Assembly (NCBI GenBank): GCA_964234715.1
Contig: OZ174286.1
From: Podarcis melisellensis
Taxonomy: Eukaryota
Reading direction: 5' to 3' (one strand)
Length of the DNA: 64,000 nt
Part shown: positions 63,049-64,000 of the stretch, piece by piece
Layout: the number at the start of each line of letters is the position of its first letter
How positions within the stretch are numbered: the stretch's first letter is position 1
Translations under genes and position numbers: made by a program
Notes under the pieces: model-generated
Told to the model about the DNA's origin: nothing
Seen by the model: the letters and a program-made list of their open reading frames with translations, nothing else
Database searches by the model: none

Positions 63049-64000
63049 CTTATAATTTGTAAGTTATGAATAAGTTATCATTATAATTTATTTACTTTAA
63101 GACTGACCTCGAGACACTGAATTTCACACCAAAGGGACAATTCCATAATAATTTGAAAGTCAAAAAAATCAAGAGAGGAAAACTGCCTTCAACAGGAGAG
63201 TCCTTAATTGTATCACAACATCCAAAATGGATTCTGATGCCTTTCATGAAGGAGTTGTCCATCTTTCTTGGATTCTACTCCTCCAACATAACACTGTTCA
63301 TTCAAAGCCAATGCACAACTCCCACTTCAAGGAATAAAGTGAATAAGTCATTATCACTAATATGCAATCATTTGGCAACTAATAAGACAGCATCAACAAC
63401 CCTCCACCAGGAACTAAGACTGAACCATCAAGTGATCATTTCTACTCATTTGTCAGGTCAACACAATAACAACCTCAAACTACCAAATCAAAAGACATTG
63501 GCATGCTGCTAATGATTTAATGCCATTAAATTAATAATACCCTATTCTATCTCAGTTATTAAATGGAGGACAATTTTTCTTCTATCTACTTACCCCCTTC
63601 CCTGATATTTAGAATTGTGAACTAATTGGAAAAGGGCAAGCAAAAACAAGAACCAAGGACCACAGGCATGTTAGTCGGCTGTCTGTATAAGCTTTAAGGC
63701 ACACAGGGGAGGTTCGTGTAAAGTGTGTAATTGAAGATGTAATTATCTCTTGTCTGAATGATGGCCACCGGCAAAATCCCACCATGTTCACTTGTACAGA
63801 ACTAACTGGCACAGCCTTTTCCTTAACTACCAGCTCATATGCTAGAGTGACCAGGCCAGCCCAACAGATGCTTTCCAGGGTTAAATTAAACCTCCAAATG
63901 ATCACAAGCTGCTCGGGGTTTTAAGAATCACACACATTAAAAGGGAATGAAATCTATAAATGTCTAACAGCAATGGTCAGAGCACAGCTACCAAAGTGTA

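Overview
Repeat-rich vertebrate nuclear DNA, almost certainly from a squamate reptile and probably a lacertid-type lizard. This is inferred from two Sauria SINEs, a BovB LINE, Squam2/Squam3-like SINEs, Penelope-like elements and lizard-type MITEs. I found no host protein-coding exon I can support, so the window looks like a large intron or intergenic region. The only real coding remnants come from transposons: a 5'-truncated, frameshifted BovB reverse transcriptase (47187-48321) and the C-terminus of a Penelope-like ORF (46604-46708). Points of most interest: (i) an intact minimal type-I hammerhead ribozyme in the Penelope-like fragment; (ii) three further degenerate hammerhead-like cores on one strand, about 320 bp apart (36.3-37.0 kb); (iii) several long near-perfect hairpins; (iv) many repeat-free blocks rich in CpG and TAAT motifs that look like conserved non-coding enhancers; (v) several nested insertions with readable target-site duplications. 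There is a 137-bp assembly gap at 43503-43639. Repeat family names come from recalled consensus features, not a database search. Boundaries without TSDs are approximate.
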